This document shows positions 1-10,711 of a stretch of DNA of 25,121 nt, piece after piece. This stretch comes from Octopus sinensis (lineage: Eukaryota): NCBI RefSeq assembly GCF_006345805.1, contig NW_021836932.1:1-25121 (forward strand). Direction: 5' to 3'. The notes beneath the pieces are model-generated. The model did not search any database. It was not told the DNA's origin and was given only the letters and a program-made list of their open reading frames with translations. The position numbers and the translations under genes were made by a program. Position 1 is the first letter of the stretch. Every line of letters begins with the position of its first letter.

Positions 1-475
1 TTATTTTTAAATTCTTCACGAAATTCCTTTGGACATCTGACTAGTAATATTGCGTTAAATCTTTATAATAAAATTATTGAACCTTCAGTAATATAATTTT
101 GTTCAAATGGATCCTAATGGAGGTAATTTTTATAATATTTGGCAGATATCTTTTGTCATGTCTAATTGAAGTTCCATCATCAATCATGTCCTTTTGTTGA
201 TTTAATTAAGAAATCCAGAGCTGGAATCTGAAGACGTAGTAGTGTGACGTCATTTTCAACTTAATTCCGACAACTAAAGCGCCGCCACTGGTACCAAGCT
301 CTAGCTACCCTTGATCTTCTCATGGACAACAATGCTGTTGTTCACAGAGGCGAGAACCCTTGTGTGGACCATTGATATTCTTCTATACAAACTCAAGGTC
401 TGAGCCCAGGAAAGAATATTCTCTGGTCCCTTCACCACATAATATCCTTATCCTAATCCATCTTTATCCAGGGCT

Positions 476-628
476 TCACCATTCCTAAAAGAGGAACTCC
501 ACCCTGGTCTCCTTTCATTGCTGTCTGTCTCTCGCCTATCGTGGCCGTGTAGGCCCCAAAGACAGTGTGAAATCATCTCACTATATTGTCCTTGGTCGGC
601 CTCTCATTCGTCGGTGCATTGTTATCCA
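476..628 (-). mobile_element. Degenerate 3' end of an RTE-like LINE ORF
   Basis: Manual minus-strand translation from 628: WITMHRRMRGRPRTI**DDFTLSLGPTRPR*ARDRQQ*KETRVEFLF*EW*. This resembles the RTE C-terminal pattern RGRP..RW.DD....G..W...A.DR..W, with several stops at expected Trp positions. Confidence 0.55.
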
Positions 629-829
629 CTCAAACTGAATACAAAACTTCACGGAATGACAGGGATACTATTTTTGTAACACACATGGTAAATTTTGGAG
701 GGAAAATACGAATTCATTCGTCTATATGGATATGGCTTGTGTTGACTATCATCTGTTATCTCCGATGGCGCGAGGTCGGGATACAAGAGGTAGGTAAATA
801 GTATTTGCAAATCTATAATCTAATGGAAT

Positions 830-887
830 GTTGCGCTGAGGACGGAATGAATTATTCATAATTCTAACCCAGAAACGCGTCCGTAAC
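830..887 (+). ncRNA. Type I (minimal, Penelope-type) hammerhead ribozyme motif
   Basis: Stem I GUUGCG(830-835)/CGUAAC(882-887); core CUGAGGA(836-842); stem II 843-871 with upper helix GAAUUA/UAAUUC; GAAA(872-875); palindromic stem III ACGCGU(875-880); GUC cleavage triplet 879-881. The basal pair of stem II is a C.A mismatch. Confidence 0.8.
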
Positions 888-1039
888 TGACCGAAGACTT
901 TGTTTTCGTTATTTTCCCTTCTTTTTACATATGTGAGTTACATGTATATGTTATATGTGGAGTTATATTTGTAGAAAATAGAAATAAGCAGTTTTTGACT
1001 GCTATTTGTAAATTTTCGGTATATATTGGGAGAATTCAC

Positions 1040-1290
1040 AATAAATAAACAAAAGACGAAGACAGGTGGTGTAGACGACAAATAAGTGTATTAGTTTAAC
1101 GCTCGAAAAGTGAAAAAGTCTTTAACGTTTCGAGCCTACGCTCTTCCACAGAAAGGAACGCAGAAAGAAACAGGGAGAGAAAATGAAGAATGTAAAGTGG
1201 CTAGCGATCTATCATGGCGAATGCCAGACAGAGGGGTCACACAGGAGAGCTAGGAAGAAAGGGAAATAATAAAGTAGTGGTGATCTCAAA
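1040..1290 (-). mobile_element. Interspersed repeat carrying a degenerate hammerhead motif (1120-1155); Penelope-like pLTR-type fragment
   Basis: Minus strand reads CUUU-CUGUGGA-A-GAGC(GUAG)GCUC-GAAAC-GUU-AAAG, and its flanks resemble 24700-24780 on the opposite strand. Boundaries approximate. Confidence 0.55.
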
Positions 1291-1384
1291 ACGAAGGTGC
1301 GCGTGCGTGTGTATAAAAGAGCATGTAACGAAATTAAGTGCGCGCAAACTGTGAAACTGATATATACATGCACCATCAGGCACT

Positions 1385-1493
1385 ATCATGCATACTTACA
1401 CACATATTGTAGCATGCAGGAATTCATACATACACGCACGTACACATAATGCACATACACACACATGTATATGTATGTATGGCTATATGTATG

Positions 1494-1528
<35 letters not shown>

Positions 1529-1761
1529 AACACTCACACATGCGATAGTATATATGTGTATATATTTGAATATATAAATATAAATATATATATATGTATG
1601 TATGTATGTATGTGTAAATGTATGTATGTACGTATGTATATTCACCTTCAGCCATATATATATACACATGCACATGAGTGTGTATATGTGCTTGTGTGTG
1701 TTTGTTGTTCGTTCAAAGTGTCTCCTCTGCACTCATAGACATCTAGAAAAACATATGAGTG

Positions 1762-1805
<44 letters not shown>

Positions 1806-1830
1806 ACACCACACACGCACACACACAGAA
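1385..1830. repeat. Compound (TA)n/(TATG)n/(CA)n microsatellite
   Basis: Direct inspection; source of the YI/HT-rich ORFs. Confidence 0.95.
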
Positions 1831-2114
1831 ATATAATGCTGTAGGCTATAACTTACGTCAATATAGCAAATAGTAAGAAGAAGAAAAAGCAAAAGGTACG
1901 TTTATGCTGTTGTATCAGCATGTTTATTATCGATGACTATTTTATATTCTTCACATGGAATGGTGTCTCCTATTGAGAAGGAAAGGAAATACCATGATGA
2001 AGAAGATGATGCGCTCGCGGTGATATTTGGTGGAAACTACACAACGTAAATATACTTCTCATGAATTATATACATACCTGCATATGTGTGTGTACGTACT
2101 TTTACACTTGCGTA

Positions 2115-2191
2115 CATACTTAAATATTTATATTATATATATTATATATATATATATATATACATAAACACACTACACACACCACACACAC

Positions 2192-2226
<35 letters not shown>

Positions 2227-2288
2227 GTATAGAGAGAGAGAGAGAGAGAAAGAAAGAGAGAGAGATGTACACACACGTAAACACACTT

Positions 2289-2321
<33 letters not shown>

Positions 2322-2722
2322 TATATATACATATATATGTATATTTGTGCGAAAGGGTATAATTGTAAATATAGATGCTATTTTACATATATACATATAC
2401 AAACAAATATGTTACATATACACAAATAGTGTACATACTTGTATATATATATATTATATATATATATATATATATTATATATATTATATATATATATATA
2501 CACGATATTTACGGTTGAAATATATATATATATATACCTTCATCTGCATGGTATATATACGTGTTGTGTATTTATACATACCTTCATAGACATGTATACT
2601 TATGAGGGTGATTGCAAGCGCGAATGTGAGTGTGCGTTTATGTATGTGTTTGTGTATGTGTGTGCTTGTGTGTGTCTGTGTGTGTGCTTGTGTGTATGTG
2701 TGTGAGTGAGTGTGTGTGTGAA
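2115..2722. repeat. Compound (TA)n/(CA)n/(GA)n/(GT)n microsatellite
   Basis: Direct inspection. Confidence 0.95.
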
Positions 2723-2959
2723 TATTCAACATGGTTGTCCATTAGCAATTCAAAGGCACGAAATAGAGTCACGTCTGAAAAGATATTTTCGTTTGGTTCA
2801 CAGATTTTTCAGACATTGTATATTACCGTTATGTAATCTGCGACTATTCCTTACCCTCATTACATTGTATATACCATCTTTGATATTACATCATACATAC
2901 ATCAACGTACACGCACACACAAACGCACAAAACCCCAGAAACCCTCAGAAGCACATATA

Positions 2960-3024
2960 AACACATACATACTTAATACAGACATATATATATATATATA
3001 TATACATACATTATACATACATAA

Positions 3025-3060
<36 letters not shown>
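2960..3060. repeat. (TA)n/(TACA)n microsatellite flanking the LINE 3' end
   Basis: Direct inspection. Confidence 0.9.
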
Positions 3061-3061
3061 C

Positions 3062-4475
3062 CTTAAATCCTATTTAAAAATGTTTTAGCCCGAAGGCCGC
3101 GGCCATGCTGGGGGCACCACCGCTGAATGAGCTACACTAGTTTGTGAATCCACCTCTGATACGTGGCACTTGATCAACAAGGGAGAGTTCGATGCTGCTG
3201 CCCGCATCCGTGTCTCCTGTCGTGAGGTAGGTTCATTCTGGGACTCCCAACAAGAAGAGATCCAGTTTAGTTTTAAGAAACCACATCCACACCATGTAAG
3301 TCTCTCAGGCATTTAGGGGGATGTTAAAGAGCTGTGGTCCTCTGAAACCCAAGCTGTGCAGTATCGGGACCTGTATTTTGATGGTGATGTTGGAATCCTT
3401 GGCACCACGCAGCGGCGCCCCGTTCTGCGGTTGGAGTAACTTTGAATGCCAAAGTTTGGGACAAGACCCTCCAGGATTTCCAGATGTATATCACTGCATA
3501 TCTCTCCCGCCTCCGCTCCAGGGAGAAGAGGTTTAATACCTTCAGTCTTTCAGTAGCTGACATTTTGCATGAGACGATTTTCTTTGTGTAGCTTCTCTGA
3601 GTTGCTTCGAGTTCTGCTGTTTGTTTTATATTGTGTGGTGACCAAAGTTGGGAGCAGTAGTCCAAGCGGCTGAGGACAAATGTTTTCCATAGGACCATCA
3701 GTGTCTCCTTCTCTCTTGTTCTGAAAGTTCGGAGAACATCCAGCTAGCCGTCTGCATTTTATCACCAGATTAGCAATATGCATTTGGAAAGATGCATCAT
3801 TGCTCATGTCAATGCCCAGGTCACGCACTGATTTTGACTCAGGGATTGCAATTTTCCTGGGCCAGTGTATCCAGTCTTCACGTCATTTACCTTTGTGTGC
3901 CAGTAGCGCAGGGCCTGGACTTACCTGCATTAAATGCATGTTGTGTTGTCCTCAGCACCTGTATATTGTGTCCAGCTCATGTTGCAGATGCGCAATATTT
4001 TCAGGTTTTTGTATTGCGTGGAGACTTTTGTGTCATCTGCATAGCTAGCAAGGGTGGTCATCGTAGCAACTGAAGGCATGTCTGAAAGGGCCAATATGAA
4101 CTCAGTGGCCCCAAGACAGTGCCCTGCGGGACACCGCTTGTTATTTGCGTTTCCCTGGAGGTGGCTCCATTGCTCACAACTGCCTGTTTTCTGTCTTTTA
4201 GGAAGTTGTGCAGCCACTCTCCAAGTTCCCGCCTATGCCGAGACCACGCAGTTTGTGACAGATCACACCATGGTCGACTTTATCAAAGGCCTTTGCAAAG
4301 TCAAGATATATTACATCCACATTTGAGCCATTTAGTAGCTGTTTCAAACCCAGTCATAGTGTTGCAGGAGCTGTGTTAGGCAGCCTCTACCTGGTCGAAA
4401 ATCCATGCTGGGTGTCAGACAGTAAGTCATTTTCTTCAAGGAACATGATTAGTTTCTTACGGACTATTCGTTTCC

Positions 4476-4476
<1 letters not shown>
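3062..4476 (-). mobile_element. 5'-truncated CR1/L2-group non-LTR retrotransposon (RT domain, C-terminus and 3' UTR), frameshifted
   Basis: Minus-strand RT motifs: QHGF (~4400-4410), [18 protein letters not shown] (4320-4267), SGVPQGTVLGP (~4138-4106), YADD (4043-4032), VRDLGI, LDYCSQLWSP, LFSLERRRER. Stop near 3137, short 3' UTR with stem-loop (3099-3123) and AGGATTT-type tail. Confidence 0.93.
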
Positions 4477-4506
<30 letters not shown>

Positions 4507-4524
4507 CATATATATATATATATA

Positions 4525-4586
<62 letters not shown>

Positions 4587-4694
4587 TATATAACATATCT
4601 ATATACACATATAATATAACATATATACATATAATATATATACATAATACATACATACATAATACATACATACATATATGCATGCATATATATA

Positions 4695-4754
<60 letters not shown>

Positions 4755-4782
4755 GTACACACTACACACACTCATATATACA
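4477..4782. repeat. (TA)n/(TACA)n microsatellite flanking the LINE 5' truncation
   Basis: Direct inspection. Confidence 0.95.
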
Positions 4783-5850
4783 TTAGACGAAGATTTCTCC
4801 ACTGAGCTGTATTATACACTTCCTCTCTACAGCTATTACTTCTCAATGAAAAAGAAGTCACCATTTTCGATTGCTGTAGGTCTTAAGCTGTCACAAATAC
4901 AGTTGATACTTTCTCTTCTTCCTAGATAATATCATGTGAATTTGTCTTACAGTATAAAGAAGGAAAAATCAATTGGTTCTATAGAAATAGGTTAAAAGCC
5001 TTTTTATTATATGAAATGCCATACTTTTCATAGGTAAAGAAAGACACCGGGAAGAGTGATAGCATAAGAAAGGAAAAAAAAAATTAAAAGTACTATATTT
5101 CACAACGATATTTACATGTTTGAATTACAAAGCGAGAACTAAGCTATCTGTTCTCAACGTTTTAAGGGTTAATGTCTTTTAAACATGTCACAGTTAACAT
5201 TTCAATAATTTGCTCTGCTAGCTACAGTTCTAAACGATTATTTCTTCTGTACTTAAACTGAACATGTAGCATTCTAACATATTTAGTGAAAAAATAAAGA
5301 AAGAAATAAGGGAAAGAATCATACACGCTGTGTTTTAACAATTACTGTCATACTTTATTATACACTGTAAAATCTGTCGATGGTGTTCTCAATAGCTGTT
5401 TTGAGTAACATTTGAACGTTAGTTCAATGCTGTTTGTCTTCGCTCTTTATTTGGTATTAGGAAGACTAGACACCCTGGCTCTACTCAGAAATTATTCCTA
5501 TGGCTTGAAGTACAACTTTCAACTGGAATTAATGGAAGAAGCGGCCACAATGCATAATGGATATTAATTATTTTGTTGCGTTCAATTCAAGTAATTTTGT
5601 TAGCCGGGAGATGAAAAAAAAAAAAAAAATGGGAGTAAACACCAGTAGATTCTTTACAGAACATCCTGAAGACGTTTCATTTACTGGAAGAATCTCAGAG
5701 CTATTTTAACTAGCTGATCCTCCTCTGCATCAGATGTCGTTTACAGCAGTGCTTTTCAAACTATCTGATATGGCGTACCGGCAGTTTGTTCTTATATGTC
5801 AGGGACATGTAATATTTCTTAGTAATATTAATCTATACCAGAAGCAATAT

Positions 5851-6242
5851 TCTCTTTACTCTCTTTTACTTGTTTCAGTCATTTGATTGCGGCCATGCTG
5901 GAGCACCGACTTTAGTCAAGCAAATCGACCCAAGGACTTATTCTTTGGAAGCCTAGTACTTATTCTATCGGTTTCTATTGCCGAACCGCTAAGTTACGGG
6001 GACGTAAACACACCACCATCGCTTGCCAAACGATGTTGGGGGACAAACACAGGCACACAAACATATACATACATACACATATATATATATATATATATAT
6101 ACATATATACGACGGGCTTCTTTCAGTTTCCGTCTACCAAATCCACTCACAGGGCTTTGGTCGGCCCGAGGCTATAGTAGAAGACACTCGCCCAAGGTGC
6201 CACGCAGTGGGAATGAACCCAGAACCAGCCACTCCTGCGCTA
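5851..6242 (-). mobile_element. tRNA-derived CORE-type composite SINE with internal (TA)n, internally deleted head and LINE-like 3' tail
   Basis: Minus strand: GGTTCATTCC B-box-like motif, CORE-like GGCACCTTGGGCGAGTGTCTT, internal TA tract, tail ...GGTGCTCCAGCATGGCCGC...TGACTGAAACAAGTAAAAGA. A partial second copy of the internal segment lies at ~6247-6312. Confidence 0.8.
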
Positions 6243-6416
6243 CTATATAACACACCACCATCGGTTGTCAAGCAATGTTGGGGGACAAACACAGACACGC
6301 AAACATATACACGTTTATTTCAGAATTTTTTACTACCAGTAGACTAGCGTGGATTTGAAAAATTATAATGTATAAGCACAGGACACATGCTGAATTGCCT
6401 CGTGCTTAAATGTTTA

Positions 6417-6499
6417 ATCTTGGCGTACCTGCTGACGAAGACTTCGCCTAGCAAATTATTTTATTTGCTAAAAAGGTCTGAAACCATGGTCCAGGAGAT
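6417..6499 (+). ncRNA. Type I hammerhead ribozyme with intact core and extended stems
   Basis: Stem I CCUG(6428-6431)/CAGG(6492-6495), extended by AUCU(6417-6420)/AGAU(6496-6499) across a 7-nt bulge; core CUGACGA(6432-6438); stem II AGAC/GUCU plus UAGCAAAU/AUUUGCUA; GAAA(6480-6483); palindromic stem III ACCAUGGU(6483-6490); GUC 6489-6491. Confidence 0.85.
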
Positions 6500-6733
6500 A
6501 GATGGTAAACGTTTTTTTTTTTCATTCCTTTCGAAGTTTATCCCTAATAGTGGTTTGGAATTTTAGCTCTTCCTTCTAGCGTGCAAGGAATCCTATGACG
6601 GATACCTCTTATGTGTTTAAATGTACACTGTATTTATATGAATAATATATAATCTATTGACAAATTTTTTTACACACTTGGCCACTGGTAGTAAAAGTTT
6701 CTGAAATTTTTTCTTACCCTGATATTATTAATT

Positions 6734-6737
<4 letters not shown>

Positions 6738-6801
<64 letters not shown>

Positions 6802-6955
6802 GTGTGTGTGTGTGTGTGTGGTTGTGGTGTGTGTGTGTGTGTGGTGTGTGATATAGATATATATAATATATACATATATATATATGTACTTATATCTATC
6901 TATCTATCTATCTATCAATTTCTATCTATCTATCTATCTATCTATCTATCCATCC

Positions 6956-7005
<50 letters not shown>

Positions 7006-7122
7006 ATATATATATATATATATATATACACGTATATATGTATGTATGTATGTATGTATATATCTATGTATGTATGTATGTATGTATGTATGTATGTATG
7101 TATGTATGTATGTATGTATGTA
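6738..7122. repeat. Compound (TA)n-(GT)n-(TCTA)n-(TATG)n microsatellite
   Basis: Direct inspection. Confidence 0.97.
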
Positions 7123-7240
7123 TAAACGAAGAGCTTTCGTAAGTTTCCGTTTACCAAATTCACTCTCACGGGTATATTGTAAAAGACACTTGCTCAAGGT
7201 GCTGCACCGTGGGTCTGAACTCGAAACTACATGACTGCAG
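7123..7240 (-). mobile_element. Diverged 5' part of the CORE-type SINE
   Basis: AAGACACTTGCTCAAGGTGC and GTTTCCGTTTACCAAATTCACTC align by eye with 6125-6215. Confidence 0.7.
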
Positions 7241-8113
7241 AGAGAGAAAGCGAGAGAGACCTTTAACCAAGCACCCATTCTTGTAATGTATATATTGGTG
7301 GCAAGTGTAGACCATAACTCTTGTAGAACGTACAAACAGCGAAGTTAGCAACCAAAATAAAGACATCTTGGTACACAGTAACATCAGTGAACTTGGTAAT
7401 AATATTGATTATACTAAGATAAGCTGTGACTTGCAGAACATGTGAGGCAAAACTTCACTTGAATGGGGCTCCAACACGAGATAAATTTAATTCACCACTA
7501 CAAGCCATCAAGTCATTCGTGAATGATGTAGCATTGAGATGACTTTAAATACAAAATTAAATTAAGTTACTTTGTAAAGTTATTCTGTTCTGTCTGCACT
7601 AAAATCTGTCGATGATACTCAGTTTTAACTAACAGATGAAAGTTAAATCGATGCTACTAATCTTCTCTCTTTAGCAGGCTACCTGGCTCTCTTCCCGAAA
7701 TTTCTAAATATGTTAATATCGTGTCTCGAAGTGCAGCTTAGAGCTGTAAAGAACAGAAAATGTAGCAACAATGAACAATGAATATATATATATATCATTT
7801 TGTAATATTCACTTCAAGTTTCTTGTTACCCTGCAGAAAGGAATGAGAAGTAACAGCAGTATTACTTCTCAAACACCTTATAGATATTTCATTTACAGTC
7901 AGAAAATAAGCGAAAGAGAGATAGTCATCTCTACATCTGTAACTGAAAAATGGTACAAAGAATCAGAGAAAACAGATTCTGTCGCCCAGTTTATTTTGTC
8001 TTTGTTTATGATTTTAATGACAGTCGATTTTACGCCTATTTCTAGGCATTGAATCCAGTTTTAAATTATAGTTTGACTCAAAGCGGCGACCGGGCAAAAT
8101 CATCACCGCGGAT

Positions 8114-8625
8114 AAGGCGACGGCGAGCTGGCAGAAACGTTAGCACGCCGGGTGAAATGCTTAGCGGTATTTCGTCTGCCGTTACGTTTTGAGCTCAAAT
8201 TCCGCCGAGGTCGACTTTTCCTTTTATCCTTTCGGAGTCGATTAAATAAGTACCAGTTAAGCACTGAGGTCGATATAATCGACTTAATCCGTTTGTCTGT
8301 CCTTGTTTGTCCCCTCTGTGTTTAGCCCCTTGTGGGTAGTAAAGAAATAGGAAAGGCGGCGAGCTGGCAGAAACGTTAGCACACCAGGAAAAATGCTTAG
8401 CGGTATTTCGTTAGCCCCTTGTGGGTAGTAAAGAAATATGTATTTCGTCTGCCATTACGTTCTGAGTTCAAATTCCGCCGAGGTCAACTTTGCCTTTCAT
8501 CCTTTCGGTGTCGATAAATTAAGTATCAGTTACGCACTAGGGGTCGATGTAATCGACTTAATCCGTTTGTCTGTCCTTGTTTGTCCCCTCTATGTTTAGC
8601 CCTTTGTGGGCAGTAAAGAAATAAG
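8114..8625 (+). mobile_element. Head-to-tail multimer of a tRNA-derived SINE (family 1; central domain resembles the Nin/Inv domain)
   Basis: A box TGGCAGAAACG (8129-8139), B box GAGTTCAAATTCC (8464-8476), GCCTTTCATCCTTTCGG.GTCGATAAATTAAGTACCAG core and tail ...GTAGTAAAGAAATAG. Copy 1 is 8114-8350; copy 2 (8352-8625) is rearranged. The domain name is from memory, not a search. Confidence 0.88.
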
Positions 8626-8629
8626 AATC

Positions 8630-8830
8630 TTCACTGCGGCGAACAAGATGCTTAGCGATATTTCTTGTGGTTATTTACGTTCTGAATTTTATATACCATC
8701 ACAATCAACTCCATCTTTCATCCTTTTTGATTGATAAAATAATGATCAGCTGAGCACTGGAGTCGAGGGTCGATATTATCGATTTCCCCAATCTCCTCAA
8801 AATTGCCGGCCTTGTGCCAAATTAAAAAAG
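8630..8830 (+). mobile_element. Old, diverged family-1 SINE copy (short-tail variant)
   Basis: ATGCTTAGCG, TACGTTCTGA, CTTTCATCCTTT, GGTCGATATTATCGAT and GGCCTTGTGCC motifs occur in the expected order. Confidence 0.65.
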
Positions 8831-10228
8831 AGTGTTAATTTGATTCTCCTGCAGGTATCTTATTTAATCTTCTTCATTTCCTTGCTGTATTTCATGAGTT
8901 TCAGCTACTTCAGTGTATTTATATGCGCATTTCTGGTCTAATTCTCTAATTTTAGTGTCTTTGCCTAATTGAATAATCCCAGTTTACGAAAATTATCTTA
9001 TAGTAACTCTAATCATTTTATATCAGCTTTAATTATCTTATAGCTGCTGTCATCATCTTGTACCAGCTTTAATTATCTTATACGCAGCTTTATCTAATTC
9101 TATACTCATTCTAATGAATTGGTTGAATTAATGAGCGATTTATAATTTTTAATAATGTTTCCAAACTGAATGTCATCTCTTGTAAACATATTTATGTCAT
9201 CCATGCAGCGGATATAATTTATACTTTATCTGTGGCAACTACAACACTGAGTAACAGATTTTGTTTTTTGTCTTTGTTCAGTAAGTGTTATTTCGTATTT
9301 GCCTTCAAGCTAGAAATCAAAGGAAATGACTACTATTCCCTTCAAAGTTTGCTTTTGTCACCTGGACATCAATGTTTTGAAACTGACCTATTTTCCATTA
9401 CATTTCAGACAGATCAGTGCCATGCAAAAGAGTAATGAGGAGAGGGTGTCACCTTGAAAGATACCTCGTTTGACGTTGATGTTGTTAGATTGGCTAATCC
9501 CATTACTATGGTTTAGAAGGAGACATGTGTTCCTCCTGGCCATGATACCTTGAAAGAATGTGGAGACGACAAGAGAGATCTTATGTATCTCAAGGGCTTT
9601 AAGTAGCCAATTATGTGGAATACTATCAAACGCTTTCCTGTAGTCTATCCATACCATACTCAGGTTCTTCCTTTTGCTCCGGCAATTCCCTACAATCATT
9701 TTATTTACGAGTAATTGACCTTTGCACGCATAAGAAATCCTTTTACAGTTTTTTTGAGTTTGTGGAAGGATAGATTTCTGTTCAAGGAAAGCGTATAATC
9801 TATCAGGAGGTGAGGATCTTATAGGTAGTGTTGAGACATGTTATTGGTCGGTACTTCTTTAGATTTTTGTGTTTTCAGTTTTTGGTAGAAGGTATGTTGT
9901 TCCTTCGGTCAGCCAGGCAGGTATTTGCTCTGGGTTCTGGATGACATCAGTTAGAGATGCAGCGAAATTTTGGCGTACATCTGTCAAACAATTCAGCCAG
10001 AAGTTAGGAATCCGGTCCAATCTTGGTATTTTCCATTTGTGAGACTTCCTAAGAACACATCTTAGCTCTTCTGTTTCTATTGCCTCCCACTTCTGCTCTT
10101 CAACTTCGTCCAGTCTCACATTCTCACGTTCTATCCAATCAGCTTCAGCATTATAATATTCTTGGTTGCTCCATATCTTCTTTCCTCAGTCTTAGGTGGT
10201 TCCTTTACTTCTATCTTACTTTTGCTAA

Positions 10229-10622
10229 TCTTTATATATAAAAGTGAAGTTGTGTCTGTCTCCTACGATTTAGATTCCTAACTAGTCCCACATTTTGCGG
10301 TGCAGAGTAACCAAAAGCGGGTATCTTATAGTCGTGATTCATATCGAGCCCTTCTGGGTATTAGCGCATGTCTACGATGAGTCTGCGATTTAAAAAAAAA
10401 TTTACCATAATTTTTTCCCAGTTTTTAATGCATTTTTTTGCTATTATATAAGGAAAGTAACTCTCTAAAAATGTATTATTAAATCTCAGAACGTAAAAAG
10501 CTATAGTAACACCCCCCTTTGTGGTTAGCCATATTGAGATGGCTATTATACTTTACATCTCTAAAAATGCTTATATAGTTATTTCCCTTACAAACCCGAG
10601 CAACGCCGGGCGATACTGCTAG
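10229..10622 (+). mobile_element. Non-autonomous Helitron (394 bp)
   Basis: 5' TCTTTATATATAAAA; subterminal hairpin CCCGAGCAACGCCGGG (10595-10610); 3' CTAG (10619-10622); inserted between host A10228 and T10623 with no TSD. Excision rejoins LINE coding sequence (KFYSEISK). Confidence 0.9.
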
Positions 10623-10642
10623 TTTCACTATAAAATTTCAAC

Positions 10643-10700
10643 GCAGCGTTAGCGCGAAGCAGCGTTAACGCGAAGCAGCGTCAGCGCGAAACAGCGTTTA
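10643..10700. repeat. 16-bp tandem repeat GCAGCGTTAGCGCGAA x3.6
   Basis: Units start at 10643, 10659, 10675 and 10691. Confidence 0.9.
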
Positions 10701-10711
10701 GGCAGGAACAT

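Noticed and set aside
1-240. Protein-like minus-strand stretch (DPFEQNYITEGSIILL*RFNAILLVRCPKEFREEFKN)
   Set aside because: Interrupted by stops and truncated by the window start; I cannot assign it to a family without a search.
223-255. CUGAAGA...GACGUC hammerhead-like start
   Set aside because: No GAAA and no credible stem II. The CUGANGA hits at ~3671, ~5666, ~15592 and ~15734 were rejected for the same reason.
2773-2815. Short inverted repeat GTCTGAAAA...TTTTCAGAC
   Set aside because: A 9-bp stem in AT-rich DNA is expected by chance.
1386-7335. Many YI/HT/CV-rich ORFs
   Set aside because: Translations of TA, CA and TCTA microsatellites.
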